A DNA stretch of 63,814 nt, the filler included, from Thraustochytrium aureum (Eukaryota), in the NCBI GenBank assembly GCA_012862495.1. It is 4 parts of 2 records of this genome, joined end to end, with 100 filler letters (N's around TTAATTAATTAA, not from the genome) between each part and the next. Parts side by side here need not be neighbours in the genome. Positions count along the whole stretch, not along the records: positions 28,504 to 57,545 come from BLSG01000197.1; 3 more parts are not named here. One strand, given 5' to 3'. Below are positions 33,788 through 44,497 of the stretch, in pieces. Numbering within the stretch: position 1 is the stretch's first letter; each line of letters begins with the position of its first letter. Below the pieces are notes generated by a model. The model did not search any database. It saw only the letters and a program-made list of their open reading frames with translations, and was not told where the DNA came from. The position numbers were made by a program, and so were the translations under genes.

Positions 33788-35316
33788 TCAACGCGCGGCA
33801 GCTCCAGCGGCCTCCGCAGGCGCGGTGCGTAGGCCAAGGCAGTCCTCCTGGACGCGGCGGTCTGCTTGCGCAAGGCTGAAAAACGCGAGCGCGTTTGCGG
33901 TCGTGCGGCGCGCCAGCTCGGCGGCCGTGTACTGGCCTCCGGCAAAGGCCGCAGCGACAGCCCTGCAGACAGCGGGCAGGGCGCACGGCTCATTGTTGCG
34001 AGCTTTGCGCAACCCAGTGTCGTCTGTGAGCCAGGACTTGTCTGGTCGCATGAAGGGCGAGTCGGTCTCGATCATGAGCTTGTCCAGGCTCAGGCGCGCG
34101 GGGTCGCCGATGGCGTCGAGCGTCCCGGTGCCAGCGGCGCGCTTGGCCATGCCAATGTAGCCCGTCAAACCAATGCAAAAACCCTTGCTGGTGAGCTGGG
34201 CGAGGTCGCTCGCGTCGCCCGGAAGCNNNNNNNNNNNNNNNNNNNNNNNNNNNNNNNNNNNNNNNNNNNNNNNNNNNNNNNNNNNNNNNNNNNNNNNNNN
34301 NNNNNNNNNNNNNNNNNNNNNNNNNNNNNNNNNNNNNNNNNNNNNNNNNNNNNNNNNNNNNNNNNNNNNNNNNNNNNNNNNNNNNNNNNNNNACCAGCCT
34401 TGTACTTGTCGAGTATCTGGGCCGCGTGGGCAAGTGCGCCGGAGCGGCGCCCCCTTCTCTGTGTCTCGCTCGCGGAGGTGGACGAAGAGCGACCGCTTGA
34501 GCTCCACAGCGAGCGCAACTTGAGCCTCAAAAGCGTGTTTTGCGTCTCCATCTCGGAAAACATTCGGTCGTAGTCGAGCCCACACTCGCCGAGGCTGACG
34601 CAGTGTGGGCTGGCTGCAAGGGACCGGAGATCTGCGAGTTTGGCCGCGTCGACGCCAGCTGGGCCTGCGATAGTTTTGGCGTCGTGCGGGTGCACGCCGA
34701 CTGTGGCGTACACCTTTGTAGGGCGCGACCCGTGCGCCCCGCCGACAGGGTACTTGCTGGTTTTCAAGGCGCCCGAATCTGCCGAGGCGTACCAGGCCTG
34801 GCACAGGTCGAGCCCCTGCTTTGACGATTTCAGCGAGCAGCCCGTGAGGATGACGCGCGTCACGCCGGCAGCGTGTGCGCGCTCAAGCTGGTTGCGAATC
34901 TCGACGCTGGAAAACCTCGACTGGATGTTGATTCCTATGTCCACGAGTTCGCAAGCCGCACCCGACTCGTCGGTGATGCGAAAGGCCTCGAGCGCCGCCA
35001 GCTGCGCGGCGTGGGCCTGCGCAACTTGTTCCGGCGATGAGGCGGATCGTGCGCTTGGCGGCGGGGCGACCTGTTTCTCGATGAGCTTCTCGCGAGCCTC
35101 TGCCGGCAGCTTGGCTAGGAAATCTTTCTTTCGCGCCCGTGCGGCGCGGATCCGCTCCGTGTCTTCCTTTCGGGGCCTTTGGCCCTTGGCCGGCTTGGGT
35201 AGCGCAGCTTCCTCGGCGAGTATCGCTTGCCACTCTGAGCGCCACGATTCAGCGCCCTCGATGCTGTCCGTTGAAGCGCCTGCCTTCGCCTTGCTTATTG
35301 CTTGTGGATCCGTCAT
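33788..35316 (-). CDS. TatD-family DNase with N-terminal extension; frameshifts near 34535 and 34440; gap
   Basis: VDIGINI, ATVGVHPHDAK, LGECGLDYDR, FVHLRE, LMIETDSPFM, RNNEP, TTANALAFF. Confidence 0.92.
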
Positions 35317-36483
35317 CTTGGCGGCTTGCTGGCGCGCCTCGCTTGATCTTGATCTGCTCCTCGCTAGTCGGCTTGGCGAGTTGGTCCACGCGTTTGGCTG
35401 GCGCGTGATCAACCCGCGCACCGCCTTGCAAGAAAGCCCTTCGCGACGGCCGCACGGCGCCCTCGCAGCGGCAGCAGCAGTACGCCCTGCGCCGCAGGCC
35501 CGCAGCGTCCGCGGTCTGAGAGCCCCGGGCACCTTGGCGCGGCTGCCAACGCGGAGAAAATCGTGGCCTTCCCGACGCGTCTGCCACGAGCGCGCCCGAG
35601 CTATCGACCCAGCCTCGCACGCGCTCTTCCGCTATTGCCGCGCCCTGCCCCACGTCCCGCGCTCGTCCGGCGGATGCTCTCGAGGCAGCCCCCTCTCTCA
35701 CTCGTTGCAGGGTCTGCCGTGCGCTCCGCACCGATCGCGAGGCGCGCTTTTTCGCATTTTTCCTCCTTTGACGGAAACGCCCAAAGAAAAACGCGCCCTC
35801 CATCCACAATCCACCGGAACGAGAGCACACCTTGACAATTCACGAGCGCGATCCGCAGTTCGCCAAACACGNNNNNNNNNNNNNNNNNNNNNNNNNNNNN
35901 NNNNNNNNNNNNNNNNNNNNNNNNNNNNNNNNNNNNNNNNNNNNNNNNNNNNNNNNNNNNNNNNNNNNNNNNNNNNNNNNNNNNNNNNNNNNNNNNNNNN
36001 NNNNNNNNNNNNNNNNNNNNNNNNNNNNNNNNNNNNNNNNNNNNNNNNNNNNNNNNNNNNNNNNNNNNNNNNNNNNNNNNNNNNNNNNNNNNNNNNNNNN
36101 NNNNNNNNNNNNNNNNNNNNNNNNNNNNNNNNNNNNNNNNNNNNNNNNNNNNNNNNNNNNNNNNNNNNNNNNNNNNNNNNNNNNNNNNNNNNNNNNNNNN
36201 NNNNNNNNNNNNNNNNNNNNNNNNNNNNNNNNNNNNNNNNNNNNNNNNNNNNNNNNNNNNNNNNNNNNNNNNNNNNNNNNNNNNNNNNNNNNNNNNNNNN
36301 NNNNNNNNNNNNNNNNNNNNNNNNNNNNNNNNNNNNNNNNNNNNNNNNNNNNNNNNNNNNNNNNNNNNNNNNNNNNNNNNNNNNNNNNNNNNNNNNNNNN
36401 NNNNNNNNNTTGCTTGCTTGGCGGGAAGCGGCGGCCTGGCGCGGCGGGTCGCTGACGGCGCGTGCGGAGCGAAGCGTAGGAAG

Positions 36484-36729
36484 ATGTCGATGACGCGCAA
36501 CCTTTTCACTGGGTTTGGCCCCGTCGCGGTGAACGCCCTGAAGAGCGATGCTGGCAAGGCGTTTTTCCTGTCTGGCGGACTCGCCGTGACCGCGCTTGGC
36601 GCGACCCTGTACTTGTCGGTGTCGGAGGACACGCTCAAGAACGAGTCGGTCTACGCCCGCCGCTACATTGGCAAGTACCGCAAGTACAACTTGGAGCAGG
36701 CCGAGAAGGAGGGCGCCGCCCACCACTGA
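36484..36729 (+). CDS. Small (81 aa) single-TM protein, unknown
   Basis: Strong GC3 codon bias and one hydrophobic helix (AFFLSGGLAVTALGATLYLSV). Preceded by a possible branch point/acceptor (GCTGAC...TAG at 36479). Confidence 0.65.
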   Translation: MSMTRNLFTGFGPVAVNALKSDAGKAFFLSGGLAVTALGATLYLSVSEDTLKNESVYARRYIGKYRKYNLEQAEKEGAAHH

Positions 36730-36876
36730 TTGTCTCAGAGGAATGCATTTGCCTTGTTGATTCTGTCGTTTTTTGTTGCTGTTGTTGTTGTCGCTCCTGC
36801 TGCTGCCGCTGCCGCTGCTGCTGCTGCCCTTCGCCGCAAACGCAGATCTACTTTTGCAATTGCTTGTTTTTCTAAT

Positions 36877-37552
36877 TTAGAGCTTGCTCGTCGCGTTGGT
36901 GGGCCTCGCAACGTTGCTGCCGTGCGCGTCTGACGCGGCGTGCGCATTCTCTTCCTCGGAAATGCGGCGCTCGAGGACGCTGAGGTCGTACTCGGTCTCA
37001 CCGTACCCGCGCAGGGTGCAGGTTAGCTCGAGGTTGTAGCCGCTCGGGTCGGTAAAGTAGCACGAGTGGATAAAGTCGTGATCGACGACCTTGCTGACTG
37101 GCGTGCCGAAGGCCTTGATCTGCTCGCGCAGAGCGTGCAGCTGTTCAACCGTCTCACACCTGTACGCCATGTGGTGGTGCATGCCAACGGGCCAGACCTG
37201 AAAAACGATGGCGGGTTTTGTGAGGGTTGCGGCTCCTGGAACTCGACAAAGGAAATCTCGTTCCCGTTCCTGCCTCGAGGAAGCAGTGCTTGGCGCCGCG
37301 GATGCCGTGCATCGGGTAGATTGCGCGCAGCTTCATCCCCATGGCTCCTTCGTAGAACTCGATGGTCTCCTTCATGCTCTTGCACACGAGCGCAATGTGG
37401 TGAAACCCGGATGTCATGCGTGCCCCGCGCTTCACATTCAGCGTCCCTCCGTACTTGCCCGAATGGATCCCTTCCGAGGCCCCGTTCCTATGGTCTTCGT
37501 CTCGGTGCCAGAGCACGGGGCCGGTGTAGGGCTCGGGCTGCTTTGGCGGCAT
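36877..37552 (-). CDS. VOC (glyoxalase/bleomycin-resistance/dioxygenase) protein with C-terminal SKL; frameshifts near 37268 and 37200
   Basis: GFHHIALVCKSMKETIEFYEG.MGM, NGNEISFVEF, MHHHMAY, VVDHDFIHSCYFTDPSGYNLELT, ends ...TSKL*. Confidence 0.88.
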
Positions 37553-38593
37553 CTTGTTCTCACTCCTCGCCGTCTCGCGCGAACTGCGCACCGGCGCGCT
37601 TTTGGGTCGGCAAGTCGATCCGTGCCGCGACTGCTGCGCTCGCTGGCTCTGCCCTTCGCACTTGCGCACTTCGGATGCGGCTTCTGTTGCAGATCTGCTG
37701 CTCTGGTTGCTTGGCAGGGCCCGACTGTGCTGTGCAAGAGGGGACAAATAACAACACGTGTCGGAAGACTCGGNNNNNNNNNNNNNNNNNNNNNNNNNNN
37801 NNNNNNNNNNNNNNNNNNNNNNNNNNNNNNNNNNNNNNNNNNNNNNNNNNNNNNNNNNNNNNNNNNNNNNNNNNNNNNNNNNNNNNNNNNNNNNNNNNNN
37901 NNNNNNNNNNNNNNNNNNNNNNNNNNNNNNNNNNNNNNNNNNNNNNNNNNNNNNNNNNNNNNNNNNNNNNNNNNNNNNNNNNNNNNNNNNNNNNNNNNNN
38001 NNNNNNNNNNNNNNNNNNNNAACTGACCTGATGCTCGGCAAGCCAAAAGCACGCGGGACCAAGGCACGACGAAGAGCGTCGAGCAAGGCTGAAGCAAGCG
38101 CGTTGATCGGACTCGGCCTTCTGCACCGACATACAACGACGGCCTGCAGCCCGAACAGCCCGCTGCACGGACGACACGACCTCGCAGGATAGGACACGCA
38201 CATGCCCAATCCCAATCCCTTGAAACCTCACGATACTTGAATTTTGAAAAATCAAGAGTCTACCTCTGCGCGTCACGTAGTGCCCCTCGTGACGTGAGCG
38301 ACGGCGTCCCAGGTCCTGTGCCGCCCTGAGACGCTTCCGACGTGACATGGCCCTCTACATGACGCGTTCGTCTGGCGATGCACGGCGCAACGGACAAACG
38401 AGGGGAAAATCAAAGCAGTGCCCCTCCTCGCGTTGCGGCGGCCTCGCACCTGACGCACGAGCGTGTGCTGCAGGCGGCGCCGCGTGCGCTTGCGCGTGAG
38501 TCTGGACTTCACGGCACCCCGCGCCCTCGCGCTTCGCCTGCGGGGTGCGCCTTAGCTTGGTTTTTTAGAGATCGGAAGACAAGGTCAACTAGG

Positions 38594-40807
38594 ATGATAC
38601 AGGTCAAGGCACACGCGGCACCTGGAAAGGCTGTGCATGCAGGAAGGGAATGGCGCGTGCCGCCAAGCGTCCAGGCGAGTACGGAAGCCTTTGTGAGGTT
38701 TTCAAGTTGGTTTGACTCTGGAAACTGTGGCCGGGTGCAGCTTGTGGACGACTGGACTTTCGAGGTGACCACCGTGCCAGACTGCGCAGGCACGCCGCAC
38801 GAGACGCACAACAGGACGTGGTTCTACTTTGGCGTCAGCAATGTTCCGCGCGGACAGAAGGTTCGCCTCATCGTCCGTGACCTCAACAACCAGAGACAGC
38901 TATACGAGCACGGTTTCAAGCCCGTTACGCGGTCCCTCCCAAGCAGCCCGCACTGGGATCACATTCCCGGCGCCGTGCAGCTCGACGCACCAGACAAGAC
39001 GCGATGCTCCATTACCTTTTCGCACAAGTTTTTGCATGGCGAGAACGAGACGGTCTATTTCGCTTTCTGCCACCCGTTCCCTTTAGAGGAAGTCACGCGT
39101 CGTCTAGACGCGCTGGAGCGCCGGATCAACCGGGTGTCTGGGAACAACGATGAGGCAGCCTCCGACGAGAATCATGCGGGTCCCCGGCAGCGGGCACTGC
39201 CTGTGCCAGAGCCTGTCGACTCGTCGCGCGACGAACGCGAGGAGGCCGACGAGCTCCCAGAGGTGCCGGCCGTGCGCTCAAAAGGGGAGAAGGGAAGGCC
39301 GGGCACGCAAGGGCCAGACGTTGAGCGCAATAAAATATACCTGCATCGCGAGTGCCTAGCGCTCTCGCTTCAGGGCCGGCGCGTCGAGCTAGTGACGCTG
39401 ACGAGCGCTTCAGGGTGCGCGGGCCACGAAGTGGACGAAATGCGTGGCTATCTCAAGCAGCACCCTTACCTCTTCCCCGAGCGGAGCAGGGCCAGCAGCA
39501 AGTGCAAGCGGTTTCCTGGCCGCCCCGTCGTGTTTGTTAGCGCTCGGGTGCACCCTGGCGAGACGCCGGCGTCCTGGTCCTTTGAAGGCCTTCTCGAGTT
39601 CCTCGCCGACAGGACAGACCCTCGCGCCGCGCGCTTGCGAGAGCTGTACGTATTCAAGCTGGTCCCTGTGCTCAACCCAGATGGCGTCGCATTGGGCCAT
39701 TACCGAACCAACACTGTCGGCGACAACTTGAACAGGTTCTACCACGCCCCAGACCCGAGCAGGCACCCGTCGATAGCGGCCACCAAAGCCTTGATCTGCT
39801 ATTACGCCGTGTACGCGCAGCAGACGTCGCTGTATCTGTATTTGGACATGCATGCGCATGCGTCCAAGCGAGGCTGCTTCTTATTTGGCAATTACTCTGC
39901 AGACCTGGAGACGCAGACGGAAAACGTGCTCTACAGCCGTTTGGTCGCTCTCAGCACGCCTTACCTCGACACCAGCGCCTGCGACTTCTCAAGCAAAATA
40001 ATGACTGCGCGCGACAAGAAGGGCGAGTCGCGGGAGGGCTCTGGCCGCGTCGCCGTTTTTGCGGCCACTGGAGCTCTTCGCTGCTACACGCTCGAGTGCA
40101 ACTACNNNNNNNNNNNNNNNNNNNNNNNNNNNNNNNNNNNNNNNNNNNNNNNNNNNNNNNNNNNNNNNNNNNNNNNNNNNNNNNNNNNNNNNNNNNNNNN
40201 NNNNNNNNNNNNNNNNNNNNNNNNNNNNNNNNNNNNNNNNNNNNNNNNNNNNNNNNNNNNNNNNNNNNNNNNNNNNNNNNNNNNNNNNNNNNNNNNNNNN
40301 NNNNNNNNNNNNNNNNNNNNCCCGGGGGCGCGGCCGTGGGGGTCGGTCGCCGCCGCGGTTCAAGGGCTGAGGCCAAGGCTGCACGCGGGTCTCGCAGCAT
40401 CTCCGCGTTTGGGCGCGAGGGCGACTGCCGAGCACCTTCACCAGAGCGCACTTTCGGGGCTGCAGTCGCTCCCCACTCCGTAAAGTATACCCCTGCTGTG
40501 TGGCAGGACGTTGGCAAGGCGTGCGCGATCGCCCTCCTCGACCTTTCGGACGCCAACCCGTGGTCTCGGGTGCCCAAAGTCGTTGTACGGGAGCCTCGAC
40601 AGCGTGAGGCTGCATGTGCAAGCTAGCATCCGATCTGGTCGTGCAAACAGGAAGAAAAAGCAAACGGGTTCAAGTGCAGTGGGAAGGCAGGGCCGACCGA
40701 GCCTCGTTGCCGCGGTCTCGTCTCGGCCTTCATCGCGGCTTGCCGCTCCGATGCCGTCGCGTCGCCTCTTGAGCGACCCGGTCTTCGCCGGGCTTCCACT
40801 AATCTGA
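38594..40807 (+). CDS. Cytosolic carboxypeptidase (M14 tubulin deglutamylase, CCP5/AGBL5-like); gap; frameshift near 40578
   Basis: FDSGNC, RTWFYF, YFAFCHPF, ARVHPGETP, PVLNPDGV..GHYR, NLNR, YLDMHAHASKRGCF, YTLECNY, and post-gap YTPAVWQDVGKA.AIALLDL...NPWSR. Confidence 0.93.
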
Positions 40808-40870
40808 AGTGCGGATGCGCTCAAGTGCGGACGGGCCAAAATGCGGATATGGGCCAAAGTGCGGATGGGC
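40808..40870. repeat. Short degenerate tandem repeat (AAGTGCGGA core)
   Basis: Four AA(G/A)TGCGGA copies directly after the CCP stop codon. Confidence 0.5.
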
Positions 40871-41280
40871 TGCGCTACGCAGCTCCCCTGTCATCGCCCT
40901 TGCTCTGTTTCATCGTCGAAACGGAACTGCACATGGATCCGCAGGACGCTGTATGACGAGCTCGTGAGGGACGATTTTCAAGATCGAAAGAGCTGTTGTT
41001 GGAGCGTGGTGCAGGGCAGTCGGTGGATGCGGAGTGTTGTATTCCTGGCTCGCCCCCACTCGAGCGAGATCATCGTACTGCTGGCCCTGACTTGTAGGCT
41101 AGTGCAAGGTGCGTTGGCGGAACGGCAAGTCGAGGAGATGCGCATAGTTGCAAGCAAGGCGGGGCGGCGATAGTACAAATAAATTTGTGTTTCATGAATT
41201 TGTCGAGCTGGAGCACGGTATTGTGTATCGTCCAGGCACGAGCGCTCGGGGTCTGTCGCACAGCGGCAAGTGGGGCACCG

Positions 41281-42471
41281 CTAGGTAGCCATGCGGGTCA
41301 TAAAGTTCGTGTCGGTGACCAGGAGGGAGCTGCTTCCGGCCGGGGTGGCGGCGCGCTTGCGCTGCTCGAGCACAACGCGCCTGCGGCCCTCAACGATGTT
41401 GGTCATATTGCGGTAAGCGTAGGCGACAACACCGAAAAGAATGTACAGCATGCACCACGGAAACACCAGAGTCATGACGAGGACGGCGGATAACTTGTCA
41501 GGCTCTGTAAACTCGCGCCAGCCCGCGGGGTGCACGACGCTGAGCAGCGTGTAGGTGGTTCCGAAGACTAAGAGGCACACAAGGCCGCCAATGACGCGTT
41601 CCGAGCTCCGCTTGATCGTCCCAATGGCAAGTCGGATCCGGTCTGCAACTGAGAGATCTGCGCCGTGAGCGGGCGTCGAGACTTGCGGTGCTAGCGAGGT
41701 GGCGCCCTCTGGGCCTGGGCCAAGCTTTGTCTCCACCATTTGGGAGAGCGACTCGGCAAGCAGCCCAACAAGGCGGGACCGCCCGTAGACGTACAGGAGG
41801 ATGAGGATGACGATGAACGGCGCCGCGGCCGGCGCGACGAGGTAAGACTTGCCAGAGACTGCCACTGCCGTCATGGCGATGCCAAACACGGCCGTAAAGC
41901 TGTAAACAGCGCGGCGGTACCGCCTCAGGTACGTGTGCTGCACTGTGGAGAGGCGGCGGATCGCTTCGCTGGTCTCGAGCCACATTACCGAGACGGTGGC
42001 AGACGCCATCATCGTCAAGACCTGCGTGCTCACCATGAATGCCTTGGTGACTCCTCCGAGCTCGTGATACCTCTCTCCGTCAATGTCGACCGTGTGGCGG
42101 TTCGGCGTCGTCGATTCGATCAGGTATACGGTCACCCAGCCCAGGTAGGCCGCTACTGCCAGGATGCTCTCTACTAGCGTGATGGAGGCGGCGTTGAGCT
42201 GGAATCCGTAGTGCACGTAGCGAAGAAGGACGCGGATCCCAGTGCTGAACACGTAAAGCGCGAGTGCGATGTTGATTGGGGACGTGACCACCAGCAAAAT
42301 CAGGTTGGGGCCCCATTTGTCGCATCCGCCCTTGATATCCCGCTGCCGCCCATACCACGTGTTGCAAAAGCACCCGCCGGCCTCGTCCCACGACACGTTC
42401 ACGTAGCACAGCTCGGTCACGTGGCAGTCAAAGTCGTTGACGCACGGCCCGCTCGACTGGTCCAGCGGCAT
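41281..42471 (-). CDS. Seven-transmembrane receptor-like protein with N-terminal Cys-rich EGF-like domain
   Basis: N-terminus CVNDFDC....C..........GCFCNTWYG......GC, then about seven hydrophobic helices with a long loop before the last two. Confidence 0.65.
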   Translation of the reverse strand: MPLDQSSGPCVNDFDCHVTELCYVNVSWDEAGGCFCNTWYGRQRDIKGGCDKWGPNLILLVVTSPINIALALYVFSTGIRVLLRYVHYGFQLNAASITLVESILAVAAYLGWVTVYLIESTTPNRHTVDIDGERYHELGGVTKAFMVSTQVLTMMASATVSVMWLETSEAIRRLSTVQHTYLRRYRRAVYSFTAVFGIAMTAVAVSGKSYLVAPAAAPFIVILILLYVYGRSRLVGLLAESLSQMVETKLGPGPEGATSLAPQVSTPAHGADLSVADRIRLAIGTIKRSSERVIGGLVCLLVFGTTYTLLSVVHPAGWREFTEPDKLSAVLVMTLVFPWCMLYILFGVVAYAYRNMTNIVEGRRRVVLEQRKRAATPAGSSSLLVTDTNFMTRMAT

Positions 42472-43419
42472 TTCAGGTCTTCCTTCGCCCGATCCCGCGC
42501 GCCTTGCCGCTGTGGAGGGGGCTGGCCTCGGCTGCTCGGCCGGCGGTCGCTTTCGCGCCGTTCGGATTTGTGGGTTTGGTCAATCAACAAGAGCTGCAGC
42601 ATTCCCTCCCTCATCGTGTCGGTGCGGCACTTCAATCATTCAAATGCAACCGACATCCAACACTCGGCTCGTCATAGCGCTTGATCGGATTAGAATGCGC
42701 ATTGTGGTTTTACTTTTGTTAGGAATGATTGGCGAATCGCGCGTGAGGTTTTCACCGAGACGAAGCGCACACCCTCGGGGAGGAGTAGGCGCTGGGGCGA
42801 CAGGGCATGAAATTGCGTTGCTCGTCCGAGCCAGTGGCCTCGGCGAGCCGCCACCAGATCAGGAAACCAGCTCGNNNNNNNNNNNNNNNNNNNNNNNNNN
42901 NNNNNNNNNNNNNNNNNNNNNNNNNNNNNNNNNNNNNNNNNNNNNNNNNNNNNNNNNNNNNNNNNNNNNNNNNNNNNNNNNNNNNNNNNNNNNNNNNNNN
43001 NNNNNNNNNNNNNNNNNNNNNNNNNNNNNNNNNNNNNNNNNNNNNNNNNNNNNNNNNNNNNNNNNNNNNNNNNNNNNNNNNNNNNNNNNNNNNNNNNNNN
43101 NNNNNNNNNNNNNNNNNNNNNNNNNNNNNNNNNNNNNNNNNNNNNNNNNNNNNNNNNNNNNNNNNNNNNNNNNNNNNNNNNNNNNNNNNNNNNNNNNNNN
43201 NNNNNNNNNNNNNNNNNNNNNNNNNNNNNNNNNNNNNNNNNNNNNNNNNNNNNNNNNNNNNNNNNNNNNNNNNNNNNNNNNNNNNNNNNNNNNNNNNNNN
43301 NNNNNNNNNNNNNNNNNNNNNNNNNNNNNNNNNNNNNNNNNNNNNNNNNNNNNNNNNNNNNNNNNNNNNNNNNNNNNNNNNNNNNNNNNNNNNNNNNNNN
43401 NNNNNNNNNNNNNNNNNNN

Positions 43420-44385
43420 GCTGCATCTGTACATTTACTATTACCAAGCAACAGCGAACTCGGTGGCCAGGTGCTGGGCAAAGGTCGGCGCCCACCTCGT
43501 GTCGCGCCCGCCTTGTCCAAAGAGGCAGCGTCGAGCGCAGAGCCTTCCGCCACGAAACCACCATCGATGCCCTCAAGCCCTTCTTGCACTTGATCAAGGA
43601 GCGCCGGAGCGCCAGAGCGCCGAGCGCCGAACGATCTTCGAGGCGAACAAAGGAATTTGCTTCTGAACAAGTGGGCTGGGATGCGCTGACACGCCATGTA
43701 GGTATGCTGAACAGCAGCACGATTCAATGCGGCAGAGCGCTACGTACAAGAAGCACCAACTTGGACGGCGCATGGTCGCGCCGCGCTTCAGTCCGCATTT
43801 TTCACGTGTTTCGCCTGGCTGAGTTTTCAGCACCGGACATGCGCCGGTCACCACTTCTTTCTTGGTGATGGTGAAGGAGTTGCTGTGGCGCGGCAGGCCT
43901 TCATTCGCCCTGGTCACACATGAGGGCTCGCCCGAGCGTGCCGCTGGTGCTGGCCGGCAAGGCGGCGTGTTCAAAACCCAATCCTCGGCCGCAGCACTTG
44001 CTTGCCAAGGAAAACCTCGCGCCACGCGCCACACATGCACGCACGACAAACGCGGCCAAGACCAACGGCGAATCAGACAGCATGAACAGCTGCGAAAAGG
44101 GCGGGAGCATCGGCGCTCACGCTGCCGCGAAGCCGCTGCGCTGCGTACCTGCTGCAACGACCACGTAGGTACTCTGCTGCGCAGGCTCGGCTCGAGTTTT
44201 ATGTGGACGTCTTCGAGGACAAGCTCGCAGAAGGCAGTCTGCTGCAGTACTTGAACGCTCTCACGGCCCGGCCCTGCAAGGAGAGGTCGGTGCAGTTCTC
44301 CCAGATCTTCGAAGCGCTCGAACTCATCGGCGAGAACGCGGATGTGTGGCGCAGTAAACTCAGAAGCGGCGGGATCGAGGCGTAA
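43420..44385 (+). CDS. Possible hypothetical protein, 3' part, frameshifted
   Basis: Protein-like final segment ...QARLEFYVDVFEDKLAEGSLLQYLNAL...GGIEA*. Upstream frames are discontinuous. Confidence 0.3.
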
Positions 44386-44497
44386 GCAAAGACCGAATGC
44401 AGCTCTAGCTCTTGAGAGAGTCCATGAAAACCTATGAATGTAAATCAATGTAGTCAAGTCAATTTGTATCGAGATTCGAGTTTGCTAGTCTTGCCGA

